NCBI GenBank assembly: GCA_965215505.1
Contig: OZ244065.1
Span: 4,640,001-4,704,000, forward strand
Reading direction: 5' to 3'
Source of the DNA: Capsulimonadaceae bacterium
GTDB lineage: Bacteria > Armatimonadota > Armatimonadia > Armatimonadales > Capsulimonadaceae
Length of the DNA stretch: 64,000 bases
Positions 46,118-56,940 of this stretch are shown one piece after another (positions within the stretch are counted from its first letter, which is position 1; each line of letters starts with the position of its first letter). A program made the translations under genes and the position numbers. Below the pieces are notes generated by a model. It was given only the letters and a program-made list of their open reading frames with translations, was not told the DNA's origin and made no database searches.

Positions 46118-47272
46118 ATGAACGCCCTCTCGCGTGTCATAGCCTTGTGCCTCACTCTTTCCCCTTCACTCATAGGTGTTGACGCAGCCACCGGCCCGCC
46201 GTCCGCGGCTGTTCCCCTCCCTGCTGCTGTTCCCCTCCCTGCTGTCCCTGTGACTGACCTCGGGACGCTCGGCGGATCGGGCAGCACGGGCTACGGCGTC
46301 AACAACAAAGGACAAGTGACAGGAACATCGCGGATGCCGGGAGACAAAACCATCCACGCGTTCTTCTACTCCGATGGCAAGATAATGGACCTGGGAACCC
46401 TCGGGGGTGACCAGAGCGAGGCCCATGCGCTCAACGACGCCGGACAAGTGACAGGCAACGCCGACACCAAGGACAAGGACAAGCGCCATGACTTCGTGCG
46501 CCATGCCTTCCTGTGGCAGAACGGCAAGATGAGCGAACTCGGCACGTCAAAGGCAGATACCAGCGACGGGCTGGCAATCAACGGAGCCGGGCAGGTCGTC
46601 GGCAGAATAAGCCGCGGCTGGCTGGGGCTTTCGCGCGCGTGTTTCTGGTTGGGCGGGAAGGTGAACACGCTGGAGGATTCCGGCGCAGGGAGCAGTGAGG
46701 CCGGCGGCATCAATAGTCAGGGTCAGATGGTCGGCACGTTCCGGGAGCCGGGGCGGCCCTTCAAGGATTTACAGGCGGACGGCATCTATTACTGCGATCA
46801 CGCCGTCCTGTGGGGACGACCAAAGGCGTTGGAGTTAGGTCTTCCGGGCACGGAAATCAGTCAGGCGAACGCCATCAACGACGGCGGCGAGGTTGCGGGT
46901 ACGGCCTCGTTCAGCCCCTATCCGATCCTCCATGCCTGCGTATGGCAGCGCGGCAAGATGACCGACTTGGGGCAGCTCGCGGGGCAAGACACAGTGGTCT
47001 ACGCCATCAACGGCACTGGGCTGATGGTAGGGGGCACGAATTCGAACGACCTGGAAGAGAACGGAAAAGACCGTGGGGATGCGGATCAGCCTCAGTATGC
47101 GTTCTGCTGTTCCGGGAAGAGGATAATCAACCTCAACTCCCTGATTGAACCAACGTCGGGGTGGACGCTGACGGATGCCCACAGCATCTCGGATACAGGG
47201 TATGTCACGGGAGCGGGCACCCACAACGGCCAGCCTCACGCCTACCTTCTCAAACTGCCTTCAAACCTTTGA
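46118..47272 (+). CDS. Secreted HAF-repeat (extracellular beta-propeller) protein
   Basis: Repeated [15 protein letters not shown] and HAF(L/F)(W/Y) units. Confidence 0.88.
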   Translation: MNALSRVIALCLTLSPSLIGVDAATGPPSAAVPLPAAVPLPAVPVTDLGTLGGSGSTGYGVNNKGQVTGTSRMPGDKTIHAFFYSDGKIMDLGTLGGDQSEAHALNDAGQVTGNADTKDKDKRHDFVRHAFLWQNGKMSELGTSKADTSDGLAINGAGQVVGRISRGWLGLSRACFWLGGKVNTLEDSGAGSSEAGGINSQGQMVGTFREPGRPFKDLQADGIYYCDHAVLWGRPKALELGLPGTEISQANAINDGGEVAGTASFSPYPILHACVWQRGKMTDLGQLAGQDTVVYAINGTGLMVGGTNSNDLEENGKDRGDADQPQYAFCCSGKRIINLNSLIEPTSGWTLTDAHSISDTGYVTGAGTHNGQPHAYLLKLPSNL

Positions 47273-47361
47273 GCTGAGCAACTGTGTACGTTCATTTTCC
47301 GCCCCATACATTCGTTTGAAGGTGCGCCCTTACGGAAACCGCTTTGCCAGAGATTCTGCGC

Positions 47362-47480
47362 CAGAGATTTTGCGGCGGTGAGCAGCCGGTCGGGATCGTC
47401 CCCGAAATGACCGAGGCCCTGGTTGCAGGGAGCACACAGGAGGCCGCGAACTGCCCCGTCGCGTGGTCGTGGTCAACAGC
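47362..47480 (-). pseudogene. Endonuclease VII (HNH-like) fragment with a frameshift
   Basis: Manual translation AVDHDHATG/[1 nt missing]/[30 protein letters not shown]. Confidence 0.75.
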
Positions 47481-47596
47481 ACGGTAGGTTTCTTTTCAGT
47501 GGATGGTGATGTAACTTTTTTGACCTGAAGGTGTCATAAAGAGTGACGAAGAGACGCTTTCTTATGTCGCATCCATTTTATCTGAGGTGAGAGCCT

Positions 47597-48652
47597 TTGA
47601 AAACCAGAGCCAAAAGAATAAAACGCATCCTTCGCTTTTTTCGGGGGACTGAGTTCATAACGGAGAGCCTGCGCGATTTAGTAGAAACCTCTCTGCCAGT
47701 CCTTATGGTTGCGGCTTTGCCCCTTCTCCTGGCGCTTGTTTGGTATGCCCCTCTCTGGGCGGTGAGCTACCATCAAACCCATATCCCCCTCAAACTCACG
47801 CCGAAAGACCTTCTGGACTTTGAAGGTAACGTGCGGACGACGCTGGTTCAGCTTCTCGGCGGGATAGCTGTTTTGATCGGTTCTTACATCGCTTACCGCA
47901 ATGTGAAAGCGGTAGAGAAGAATATCAAAGTTTCCCAAGAAGGGCAGATCAACGAGCGATTCACACGGGCTGTTGAGCAGCTTGGAAGCGAGATACTGCC
48001 GGTCCGTCTCGGTGGCATCTCTTCTTTAGAGAGCATCGCCCATGACTCCGAGCGGCATCATCGGGCGGTCATGGAAACCCTCTCGAATTACGTTCGCTCT
48101 CACAGACGCATCAGCGAGAGTACAGCCGAGGCCAAAGATGATCCTGCCGACAACGAGGTCCAGGCCATTTTCACCGTGATCGGTCGGCGGGCTTGGGTGC
48201 ATGAAATTGATGGTCATGGCTTAGACTTCAGAGGGCTTGATTTACACGACCTCAACCTTCAAACCGCGTTTCTCGAAGGGCTGTCTTTTGATAACTCAAA
48301 CCTGAACGGGGTGAACTTTGTAGGCGCAGCTCTTGAAGAAGCGTCTTTCGTAAACGCGTCTTTAGACTGGGCTCAATTGCAGGGACTTGATCTCAGCGGT
48401 GTAGATTTTAGAGCGACACGACTAGCTAAGGCAAATCTGTCTGGTTGCAAACTCAAAGGCGCTTGTAACCTCACGGCCTCTCAGGTCTCCGCAACTTACT
48501 TCGATAAAGCCACTTCAATGACTGCTTTGATGAAGGAAGAGTTGAAGCGTATCTGGAAGTTTGAGAACGAGAACTGTCCTCCGCAACTGCAAGACACCCA
48601 GCAGGCAGAGGTACTCGGTATTGCCCCCGTTGCATCCGGCCCAAAGCCGTAG
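47597..48652 (+). CDS. Pentapeptide-repeat membrane protein
   Basis: Two TM segments; QINERFTRAVEQLGS...VRLGGI.SLE.IA; (A/L)xLxx pentapeptide repeats; lower GC. Confidence 0.88.
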   Translation: MKTRAKRIKRILRFFRGTEFITESLRDLVETSLPVLMVAALPLLLALVWYAPLWAVSYHQTHIPLKLTPKDLLDFEGNVRTTLVQLLGGIAVLIGSYIAYRNVKAVEKNIKVSQEGQINERFTRAVEQLGSEILPVRLGGISSLESIAHDSERHHRAVMETLSNYVRSHRRISESTAEAKDDPADNEVQAIFTVIGRRAWVHEIDGHGLDFRGLDLHDLNLQTAFLEGLSFDNSNLNGVNFVGAALEEASFVNASLDWAQLQGLDLSGVDFRATRLAKANLSGCKLKGACNLTASQVSATYFDKATSMTALMKEELKRIWKFENENCPPQLQDTQQAEVLGIAPVASGPKP

Positions 48653-49644
48653 GTCGTCCCTAAGCCCGCCGAGAGCCAGATGCAGACTACAGAAAACAAA
48701 GAATTGGGGTAAAGACGCAGCGGACTTCCTCATGCCCCCGCCAGTGTCTTAAAGAGAGAAAGATAAAGAGACCCAGCTAGAATGCTGAGGACTCTTCTTG
48801 GTGGGAGGAACTAAGCCGCCGGACGCGGAATTAACTCCATATGTGCCCACAACGGTGAAGCCGCCCGCCGCGCTGGTCTGGACGCCTACAGGCAGCGGAC
48901 GAGGCCAAACGGGGACAAGCTGAGGAGCAGGCCACGAGGTGGTAGGAACAAACAGGATAGTATCGGGGGACACGTCGTTGACAATGAAGCTTAAAGAATT
49001 GTTCTTCTGTTATTATCCTCCAACGGAGGCCGATTTTTCCCAATGGTGGAATACGGCCCTTTTCGCGTTCGATGCGAATACTCTCCTTGATCTTTACGGG
49101 CTTCAGGATGAAACGCGAGGGGAACTGTTCGCCTTCCTAGAGTCTGCTTCTATTAAGGATCGGGTTTGGGTGCCGCATCAGGCTGCCTTTGAATTTAGCA
49201 AGAATCGAATCAAGGTCATCGAGCAACAGGTCGGGAAGTATAAGGCGGTCATCGGACGGCTTGAGAAATTGATTCCAAGCATGAAAATCAATGCGGAAGA
49301 GGCCCAAAAAGAGCTAGCTGATCCTAATCTACCGGAGGCCATCAAGAAAGTCGCCTTGAACGTCTCCTCTAATTTCGAGACGCTGCGGTCGCGGATTAGT
49401 GAAAGTGTAGAGCCTCTAACCGGGGACATCGGCCAACTTATCGCATTGTTAGAGGCCGAGCGTGACAAACAGGCGGCTCTTATCGGAACTGACCCTATCC
49501 TCGACCGTCTCGCGGCTTTACTAGCCGATAACGTGGGTGACGCGTATGACGAGGCAGCACTGAAAGAAATATATAAAGAAGGTGCAGAGCGGTATGCTGC
49601 CGATCCCCAAACCCCTCCGGGATACATGGACCAAAATGACAAGC

Positions 49645-50876
49645 CTGAGTAACCGTCAGTTTCTTGCGAGTAAAGTCTTGTCTGAGTAGAGCAGCCAGAA
49701 AGGCAGTGTCCATTGCAGGTAAAATGAAAGTGTCACCCAACACTTTAGCCTGCGAGGAACCCATGCCTTTCCGCTGCCCTGCCTATTATACCGTCTCTAC
49801 CGTCCGTCAGCGTCTGCGCTCTCTGCTGACGGGCCTGTCCAAGCCTCAACTGGAGAACCTGAGCCTGATGACGTTCGGCTTGTTCGCCGCCGGCAACTGC
49901 CAACTGCCGCGCATCGCCGTCAAACTGCCGTTGCTTGTGGGAGCCGCCAGTCTCACACAGCGACTGCGCCGCCTGCTCATGAACCGCGCCATCGAGCCAA
50001 GCACGCTCTACCCGCCGGTGGCCCGCTTCCTGCTGGCGGCTTTCTCCGGCGGCAGCGTCCGCCTGATCCTGGATGCCACCGACTTAGGCGGGCGCCTGCC
50101 CGTGTTGTTTGTGGCCGTCGCCTACCGGGGCCGCGCTTTGCCCCTGGCCTGGCGGATGCTCCCAGCGATGGGGTGCAGCGAGTTCCGTGAGCAGAAGGCG
50201 CTGCTGTCTCAGGTCGCTGCTTTGGTGCCGCCCGGCACCGAGGTCACACTGCTGGCCGACCGTGAGTACGGCAGTGTGGCCATCACGCGCTGGTGCCTGT
50301 CACACGGCTGGCACTTCGGCCTGCGCCTGAAGAAGAACCGCTGGTTCATGCACGCCGATGGCCGCCGGGAGCAGATCGGCTCCCTGCCGCTGGCACCCGG
50401 CGGACGCCTCTTCGTCGGAGGCATCCGGCTCCCGGCCCTGCCGGAACACCGGTTGAACCTGTGCTGTGGGTGGAGCCGGGACAACAAGGACGATGAACCC
50501 TGGTATATCCTCAGCGATCTGCCCGCTGACCCGCAGACGTTTCATCAGGTGCTGGCACTCTATAATGTCCGCTTCCACATTGAGGAGATGTTCCGCGACT
50601 TCAAGGAGCATGGATTTCGGCTGGAAACAACACACCTGCGGGACCCGGAGCGTGTTTCGCGCCTGCTTCTGTGTGTCTGCATCGCGCATATCTGGTTGAT
50701 GAACGCGGGCGTCTGGGTCAGCAAGCGCGGCCTGCGGCGAAAGGTTGACCGGCACACAACCCGCCAACTGAGCTACTTCCAGATCGGCTGGCGTTTTGTG
50801 CAGCAACAGCATACCTGTGGACTGCCCCTCCGGTGCGAGATAGCCGTCTACACTTGAAAAACTGACGGTTACTCAG
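49645..50876 (+). mobile_element. Complete IS4-family insertion sequence (1232 bp)
   Basis: Perfect 18-bp TIRs CTGAGTAACCGTCAGTTT; 9-bp TSD ATGACAAGC at 49636-49644 and 50877-50885. Confidence 0.95.
49763..50857 (+). CDS. IS4-family DDE transposase
   Basis: LILDAT, LLADREYG and Y..RF.IEEMFRDFK (YREK signature). Confidence 0.93.
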   Translation: MPFRCPAYYTVSTVRQRLRSLLTGLSKPQLENLSLMTFGLFAAGNCQLPRIAVKLPLLVGAASLTQRLRRLLMNRAIEPSTLYPPVARFLLAAFSGGSVRLILDATDLGGRLPVLFVAVAYRGRALPLAWRMLPAMGCSEFREQKALLSQVAALVPPGTEVTLLADREYGSVAITRWCLSHGWHFGLRLKKNRWFMHADGRREQIGSLPLAPGGRLFVGGIRLPALPEHRLNLCCGWSRDNKDDEPWYILSDLPADPQTFHQVLALYNVRFHIEEMFRDFKEHGFRLETTHLRDPERVSRLLLCVCIAHIWLMNAGVWVSKRGLRRKVDRHTTRQLSYFQIGWRFVQQQHTCGLPLRCEIAVYT

Positions 50877-52086
50877 ATGACAAGCATAAGAAGGGGAACG
50901 AAATCTATGGTGACCTACTCGTCTGGAAGCAAACTATAGAGAAGGCAAAGCAGGCAAACAGGCCTCTTCTCATGGTCAATAACGAGCAGAAAACGGATTG
51001 GGTTGAGCCGTGGGCGCAGGGTAAAAGAGCACGGAAGGAATTGGTTCAGGAAATGTACCAGAAGGCAAAAGTACCCTTCTTCATGCACACTCTGCCCCAG
51101 TTCATGGAAGCAGCCACGAAGTACCTCGGGGCCTCATTCTCTGTCAACGCTTTGTCCGATGCGATTCGGGTAGAAAGTGAGGAAGCCGCAAAACTGAACG
51201 TCAACGAAGCTGAATCGAAACAGACTAGAAGTAGCCTATACGGAGACTTTATATTAGATTGGCTGATGATTGAAAGCCACCTAGCCGCGTTGTTAGCAGA
51301 ATCCGGTAACGACAACAGAAACGTCAATTCTTCTCAGGCTTTGGATACTCTGCGTGCCCAGGGAGAAATCTCAGACAAACACCACAACCGCCTCCATTGG
51401 CTAAGACGGTTTAAGAACACACTCATACATGGCACGGGATTTATTGTGCCCGAAGCAAATATCCAGGCAAATCTTGGGGAACTGCGCGACATTATTGATG
51501 AACTAGGAGTCAAGGCACAGGCTACAATAGCTGCGGTATCTAGGACGCTACAGGCGATGTATCCCACGGCAAATCTTACACTTCAACGGGACAAGCCTAA
51601 CATTTTTTTAACTCGCGGCTTAGAAGCAGTTGCCGTCGGCGTAGAACCCGTGGCCACTATGGATTTGGAAGCTCTCAATAAGGTAGTTGCATCTCTGAGT
51701 CTAGGTGATCAGTTGGTAGCACAGGGCAATGTGGACCGTTTCGTGCATGTGGTTGCATGCGGTGATAAAGCCGTTGCATTAAGTTCAGACTATATGTTAT
51801 CCAACATGGGAAAAGTGTCGGATTCAAAGGTTTGGGTCGGGTATTTAGAAGGGGGAAACTTCATCCCGACAACAAACATCCCTTCTCTTCATCTGTTGTT
51901 TAAACAGCCTCCGCCCAAATAGCATTGGAACAACCCCGCACACTGCCAAAGCCTTCGTCCCTGCCAGGGCTTTTCCCCTGCTAGGCTTCCCACCGGCCGC
52001 TGGCCCGTCCCGCCGATGAAGGGCGCAGCCCCATCGAAGTAGAGGCTAACTGACTCGGCCAAAGACAAACCGAGACCCAAAGAGAC

Positions 52087-52118
52087 AGAGACCTCGCCAA
52101 GCGGCGGAGGTCTCTTTT
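52087..52118 (+). terminator. Putative intrinsic terminator
   Basis: AGAGACCTC...GAGGTCTCT followed by a T run, downstream of the PIN gene. Confidence 0.55.
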
Positions 52119-52169
52119 CAATGGCTCCCTCCTTTGCGATACCATTTCAACTGACTGGGCGAGGGTAGG

Positions 52170-52271
52170 GGGTGTGAACAAAGTTTATGATAAACTTGGC
52201 CTGGCTACTCGGAAAGCAGTCCTGACTGCGGCGGCCTCTTCACTGTGCCATCATAAACTTTGCGCGCACCC
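52170..52271. mobile_element. ~100-bp MITE with TIRs and target-site duplication
   Basis: Left end GGGTGTGAACAAAGTTTATGAT and reverse-complemented right end GGGTGCGCGCAAAGTTTATGAT match 19/22; flanked by direct repeat GAGGGTAGG (52161-52169, 52272-52280). Confidence 0.75.
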
Positions 52272-52337
52272 GAGGGTAGGGAGGAGAAAGACAGTCCTAC
52301 CCATAAAAAGGTAAGGCAAAGGAGGAGCGACCCAGCG

Positions 52338-53336
52338 ATGAATATGGTGGAAGTTACGGACACACGGGTCTCCTGCCGGCGGCCCGTCGGCCTGCGGATC
52401 GGGATGGGCGTCGCCGGCGGCGTCTTCGGTGTCCTGTGCCTGGCCCTGCTCGTCTGGATCTGGCCGGCCCCGGCGACCCTGGCGCAGCGCTCGCCCGCCG
52501 ACATCCTCAGCCGGCTCGCCCCGACCGTCGGTGTGCCCCTGGTCGGCCTCTGCTTCCCCACCCTCTACTTCCTCTACCTCGCCGGACCCGAAGACCTGAT
52601 CCTGGACACCGTCCGCCGCACCTACCGGTTCCGGCGCGGCTTCCCACTGCTGGCCTCCTGGAAGGAAGGGCCACTGGACCATATTGCGGGTCTGCGCGTG
52701 AAAACCCTCAGCAGCAAATCCAGCGGCAGCAAATCCGGGTCCTCGTCTCAAGTGCTGCTGGACTGGAAGAACACGCAGGCCACCCCCTGGAGCCTTGGGG
52801 ATGGGGCCGTCGCCAGCCGCCGGCCCGTGGCGCTCAGCACCTCACGGGATGCGGGCCGTTTGCGGCAGGAGGCCCAGGATCTGGCCCGGCGGCTCGGGGT
52901 GGCCTGGGAAGAACGAGTGCCCGCGCCCGAACGCGCCCGGAAGCGGGCGCAAAGCCTCCTGGTGCTGGTCCCGCTCCTGTCCTTCCTCCTGCTCAACGGC
53001 CTCCCCCCGCTGCTGGTCGCCCGCGCCCTGGACAGCCAGGGGCAGACGACGGCGGGGACGGTGACGAGCCTGCGCCACGGGAAGGGCTACTCTGCGTCCT
53101 ATACCTACCAAGTCGGGGACCACACCTTTGACGGCCGGGCGTCGCTGAGCGCCTCGGCCTACGAGGCCCTGGAGTTCGGCGGCTCGATCACCGTCTCTTA
53201 CCTGCCGGCCTACCCGCACACGAGCACCCTGGCCGGCGCGCAGACGACCCGGCCCGCCCCGCTGTTCCTGGTCTACGGTGCGCTGCTGGTAGGGCTTGTG
53301 CTGTGGACTACCCTCGGGCGGCGCGACGACCGCTGA
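52338..53336 (+). CDS. Membrane protein with a C-terminal DUF3592-like domain
   Basis: AGGAGG RBS; four TM segments; G..T.GTV....Y.Y.V.......G..I.V.YLP..P..S.L. Confidence 0.7.
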   Translation: MNMVEVTDTRVSCRRPVGLRIGMGVAGGVFGVLCLALLVWIWPAPATLAQRSPADILSRLAPTVGVPLVGLCFPTLYFLYLAGPEDLILDTVRRTYRFRRGFPLLASWKEGPLDHIAGLRVKTLSSKSSGSKSGSSSQVLLDWKNTQATPWSLGDGAVASRRPVALSTSRDAGRLRQEAQDLARRLGVAWEERVPAPERARKRAQSLLVLVPLLSFLLLNGLPPLLVARALDSQGQTTAGTVTSLRHGKGYSASYTYQVGDHTFDGRASLSASAYEALEFGGSITVSYLPAYPHTSTLAGAQTTRPAPLFLVYGALLVGLVLWTTLGRRDDR

Positions 53337-53516
53337 AAACACCTGTGAAAACACCTGCCGGCGGCGATCTCCAGCAGCGCGCGTGATAATGGACATTATG
53401 CGACGGGCTGCGCCTGGTGGAAACAAAGCAGGAAACCAAGCCGAGAAGTGAGAAACCAAGCGCGGCACTGCCCCGGACACTGCATAGCGATGTGTTTATC
53501 GGAATGAAAATGCCTT

Positions 53517-53855
53517 ATGAAAAAGCGCCTTCGCAAGAAATTGGGTGTCGGTGAGTTCGTGGAACTCGGATTTGAGGCTAAGTGGCAACTTCTGCCGCAA
53601 ACCTATAGTGGTCGCGATGTTTATGACGAAATCCAGCCGATTGATTACGAATTTGAGGCCTTAATTGTAGGCATGAAGCTCTATTTATGGGGATGGGGAG
53701 AGGGGCGATGGGCGGTCCACTTCCTTAACTGGATTGGGCGTGGTTCTGCAACGGAAGAACATCGGCAAATGGTTGAGCAATGGCTGGGCCAGCGTTCTGA
53801 TGTAAGCCGCTACGAGGTCGGCCCATTACGGGATGCCCGCAAGTATCCGCCTTAA
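53517..53855 (+). CDS. YggL-like (DUF469) 50S ribosome-binding protein
   Basis: RLRKKL.VGEF.ELGF N-terminus; GSATEEHR..V..WL..R.DV....VGPL.DA C-terminus. Confidence 0.8.
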   Translation: MKKRLRKKLGVGEFVELGFEAKWQLLPQTYSGRDVYDEIQPIDYEFEALIVGMKLYLWGWGEGRWAVHFLNWIGRGSATEEHRQMVEQWLGQRSDVSRYEVGPLRDARKYPP

Positions 53856-53914
53856 CAACGTGCTGCTGCCGTCCGCGTGACCACCTGCTTGTCAGCGATG
53901 TTCTGGGTCTGCCC

Positions 53915-54190
53915 GATGTTCTGATGCTGCCCGATGTTGACCTGCACGGCGGGCAGCTCCAGACGCCGCACCTGCGCCAACCCCCTTGATCGCCGACAGG
54001 TAGCGCCGGGGTGCCTGCTCGATCCGCTTCCCGTGCGCCTCCGACGGGCGCAGGCTCTGCTCCTTCAGGCTCTGTGCGACCAGCGCCTTGTAGGAGTGCA
54101 GGTGTAGCCAGCAGGTGACGGTCCGCTCCGCCAGCAGGGACTCCAGTGGGGAGGGCGATGCCCCCGCCAGCCGCGTGTGCAGCGCCCCGT
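53915..54190 (-). pseudogene. Decayed mobile-element-associated hypothetical gene
   Basis: LAGASPSPLESLLAERTVTCWL...RRYLSAIK, then after a frameshift LAQVRRLELPAVQVNIGQ; no intact start. Confidence 0.45.
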
Positions 54191-54470
54191 CTGCCGCCGA
54201 CGGTCCTCTCCGAGCAGAATATTTGCCAGGGAGAGCAAACTGAATGGCCCCGTGGGATGTGCCGATAATACCCCTAACAGTCATTAGTGACGTCATGATA
54301 GCTTTGTCAGTGACGTTGCTGCCGGCCAGACCGCTGGGAGCATGAGGCAGGGGAGTTCAAGGGGGAGGGGAGTTCATAACTTGCCCAAGTTGAAGGTTTG
54401 CTTATGGATTCCCCAACCCGCCTAATGATTCCCGGAGAAATGGCTGGTTCCTGGGAAGAAAGGGGTCGGT

Positions 54471-55225
54471 ATGGGCGGAGTCGGATCGGGCCAATTCGGG
54501 GGCATCGTACCCACGCGCAAGAAGGCGGTGGAAGGCGGCACCAGCATCAGCGTGACGCCGCTGCGGGAGAGCGGCGTCTTCACCTCTGGCAAACCGGCTT
54601 CCCGCCCCTGCCGTGGGAGGCGCAGTTTACGGTCCAAAGTTTGCGGGTGTCAGCGTAGCTGCTGAGAGGCAAAAGTGAGACCGCCGGGGGCTGCTGAGGC
54701 AGGTCAGCGTCCGAGCCGTGCTGGATCAGGCGCTCGTCATCGTCGCGGTGTATTTGGGCGCGCAGGGACAGCCGCAGGTGGCCGAGGCGACGGTCAGGCT
54801 CGCCTGGTCGGACTGTCACTTCGGCGGGAAGCGGCCCTGGTTCCTCTGCCCGGCGTTGGATGATGGGGTGCCTTGCGAGCGGCGGGTGACGAAGTTGTAA
54901 TTTTTCGTGGGGCGGCTCCTTTCTGTGCCGCGAGTGTGCGGCCCTGGGCTACAAGAGCGACCATATGCCGTCATGGGAGCGGCCACTGCTGCGGGCGCAG
55001 AAGATCCGGCGGCGGCTGGGAGGGAGCGGGTCGTTGGGGGAGGACTTCCCGGATCGCCCGAAGGGGATGCACTACGACATCTGGGATAGCTCCCGGCGTC
55101 GGGCGCACAACCTCGTGAACGCCTATGTGCAGGGCAGTTCTGCGTACATGGAGGAGTGGGGGGAGCCGCTCCCTCCGAGGAGGTGGGCTGTCTCCCTGAT
55201 GCCTCAATTGGGGCCGAGGCACTGA
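54471..55225 (+). pseudogene. Decayed prophage/island-type Cys-rich hypothetical gene
   Basis: MGGVGSG start; CHFGGKRPWFLCP...CERRVTKL*, FLCRECAALGY, RAQKIRRRLGG...RPKGMH spread over several frames with stops. Confidence 0.55.
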
Positions 55226-55786
55226 GGACGGATTATGAAGGGCAAATGGCCCTAACTTGTCAAGCTGGTATGGTGTCACCTTGGTTGCCACACGGAGCCG
55301 CAATTCTGTTCAACAGCAGTTCCGTTCGGGCGGAACCGCTCTCCTTGCAAAACCCATCGCCCACGTCATAGAGAAGCCCCCGGCTGGCAAAACGCAGGGA
55401 TGCGCCATGACCGCCTGGGTGACTAAGCGGCGCGGGCCGTTGTCCGGGCAGCCAGTGCAATTTCGCCAGCGTATGAGCTAGTTCCCGCACCGTGCGTCAC
55501 TCCGACTCTCCCTAGCCTGTGCCGCCTTATGGAAACTCGTCAGGAGGAGCTAAGAACAGAGAGGCGTTCGGCTCATATTGTACCGACCTGTATCAAACCG
55601 GCCCAATAGCTTCTCTTTGTACAAACCGGGTTAGGGCTTTTGTTCTCTCGCGCTAGTGAAGCCATGATTCTCCACGAGGTGCCGGTTGAAAATCGCAGAA
55701 GTGTAGTCGGTTGGTCAGCGACTCGGGTCAGCCTCACAAAGTAGGTCATCCTCGGACTCGCTTTTAGTTACAGAGTGGCCTACCGT

Positions 55787-56803
55787 CTATCTCTTCTCGA
55801 TGAACCGCAGTTCCCTTGCCTCTCGCATGTCTAAGGTGACTTCTTCGGGTGGGAGGCATTGGTGTGTTTCGTGGTAGAAACGTGAAAAACTCGGGGCGTT
55901 CTGGATTGCCTGATGCATTGCTAACGCAAGCCGCAGATACCGCTTTTGGTCCGCCATGTCTCTCTTCTCCTGCTCCATACAATAATCCGCTTCTTTCTTA
56001 TCTGTCGCGAGATCTTCGTCGGTATACGCCTTCGCCATTAGGTCTAGATAGCCGTTCGTATTATTGCAGGAGTTCCGAACAGCCCTATTGGCTTCCTGGG
56101 CACGGGTTAAATTATCGTTATAGTCCTGCACAAGTCTGTCGAGCGGTACGCCCCGGAAGTCCTGTGTCGGCGTCGAATAAGACGGAACGATGCTTGGCGT
56201 GATGACGGGGGGCGTTGCCATTGGGTTAGTGACGGCTTGTTCCTGTACGTTCCTGATCCAAACCTCTGTCTGTTGTCCTGGTGGGCTTTTACCGTCCCAC
56301 CAGGAACCAATCGTGATCGCGTCAGGAGTGATTGTGGAAGCTTCTGTAGCCACCTGTACACTATCCAACCATATCGTTAGTGCCCGTCCGTCACTGGCAC
56401 AGACAACTTGGTGCCAGCGCATATCAGCGGGTTGTCCAAACTTGTTGGTGTTTCCTATAAAAGCTCCTATACCCTTGTACCAACCGTCCGCTCCCACCCA
56501 AGCGATGACGGTCGGCCCGCTGTAAAGACGCACGGCAGCGCCAGCAGACCGCAGGTGGCCGAAGCGAATGCTAAAGGCCACGCGCCACATGGGTGCTGCT
56601 GCAAAATGCAGTTTTGCTGTTGCTGTCGCATAAGAGGTCGTGTCGGTTGGATCGGACTGATCTAGGTGAAGGCCAGTGGCACTAATTTCCGCTAAATTCG
56701 CGCCTTTACTAAGAGACCATTGGTGTGAAGTGGATGCTTCAGATGCTGGCACCGCAACGACCATGGCGAGTAACAGGAGTATGAACGAGTGCCTCAGTTT
56801 CAT
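55787..56803 (-). CDS. Secreted protein with a possible ConA/LamG-like beta-sandwich and a helical C-terminus
   Basis: Signal peptide MKLRHSFILLLLAMVVAVPASEA; WHQVV...DG..LTIWLD.V.V; lower GC. Confidence 0.6.
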   Translation of the reverse strand: MKLRHSFILLLLAMVVAVPASEASTSHQWSLSKGANLAEISATGLHLDQSDPTDTTSYATATAKLHFAAAPMWRVAFSIRFGHLRSAGAAVRLYSGPTVIAWVGADGWYKGIGAFIGNTNKFGQPADMRWHQVVCASDGRALTIWLDSVQVATEASTITPDAITIGSWWDGKSPPGQQTEVWIRNVQEQAVTNPMATPPVITPSIVPSYSTPTQDFRGVPLDRLVQDYNDNLTRAQEANRAVRNSCNNTNGYLDLMAKAYTDEDLATDKKEADYCMEQEKRDMADQKRYLRLALAMHQAIQNAPSFSRFYHETHQCLPPEEVTLDMREARELRFIEKR

Positions 56804-56887
56804 GTCGTCTATCCTCTCGCAGCTGTTCTGGTAAGGCGGAAAGCGTCTGCACCAGATTGATGTGAAGTATTTCTCTCGACTTGCTCG

Positions 56888-56910
56888 TAATGTTCTATGA
56901 TAGAACATTA
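56888..56910. promoter_or_regulatory. Perfect palindromic operator candidate
   Basis: TAATGTTCTAT-G-ATAGAACATTA between the divergent secreted-protein and XRE genes. Confidence 0.65.
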
Positions 56911-56940
56911 TAGCACACTGCTTGCAATAAGATCAAGGCA

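Larger units (their letters stand above)
48984..51922 (+). pseudogene. PIN-like domain (PIN_8/DUF4935) protein with a HEPN-like C-terminal region, interrupted by IS4
   Basis: FAFDANTLLDLY, WVPHQAAFEF, PPGYMD | YGDLLVWKQ, KTDW. Removing the IS and one TSD restores a single 565-aa ORF (48984-49644 + 50886-51922). Confidence 0.85.

Noticed and set aside
50972-51922. Independent 316-aa gene
   Set aside because: It is the in-frame C-terminal half of the IS-interrupted PIN gene.
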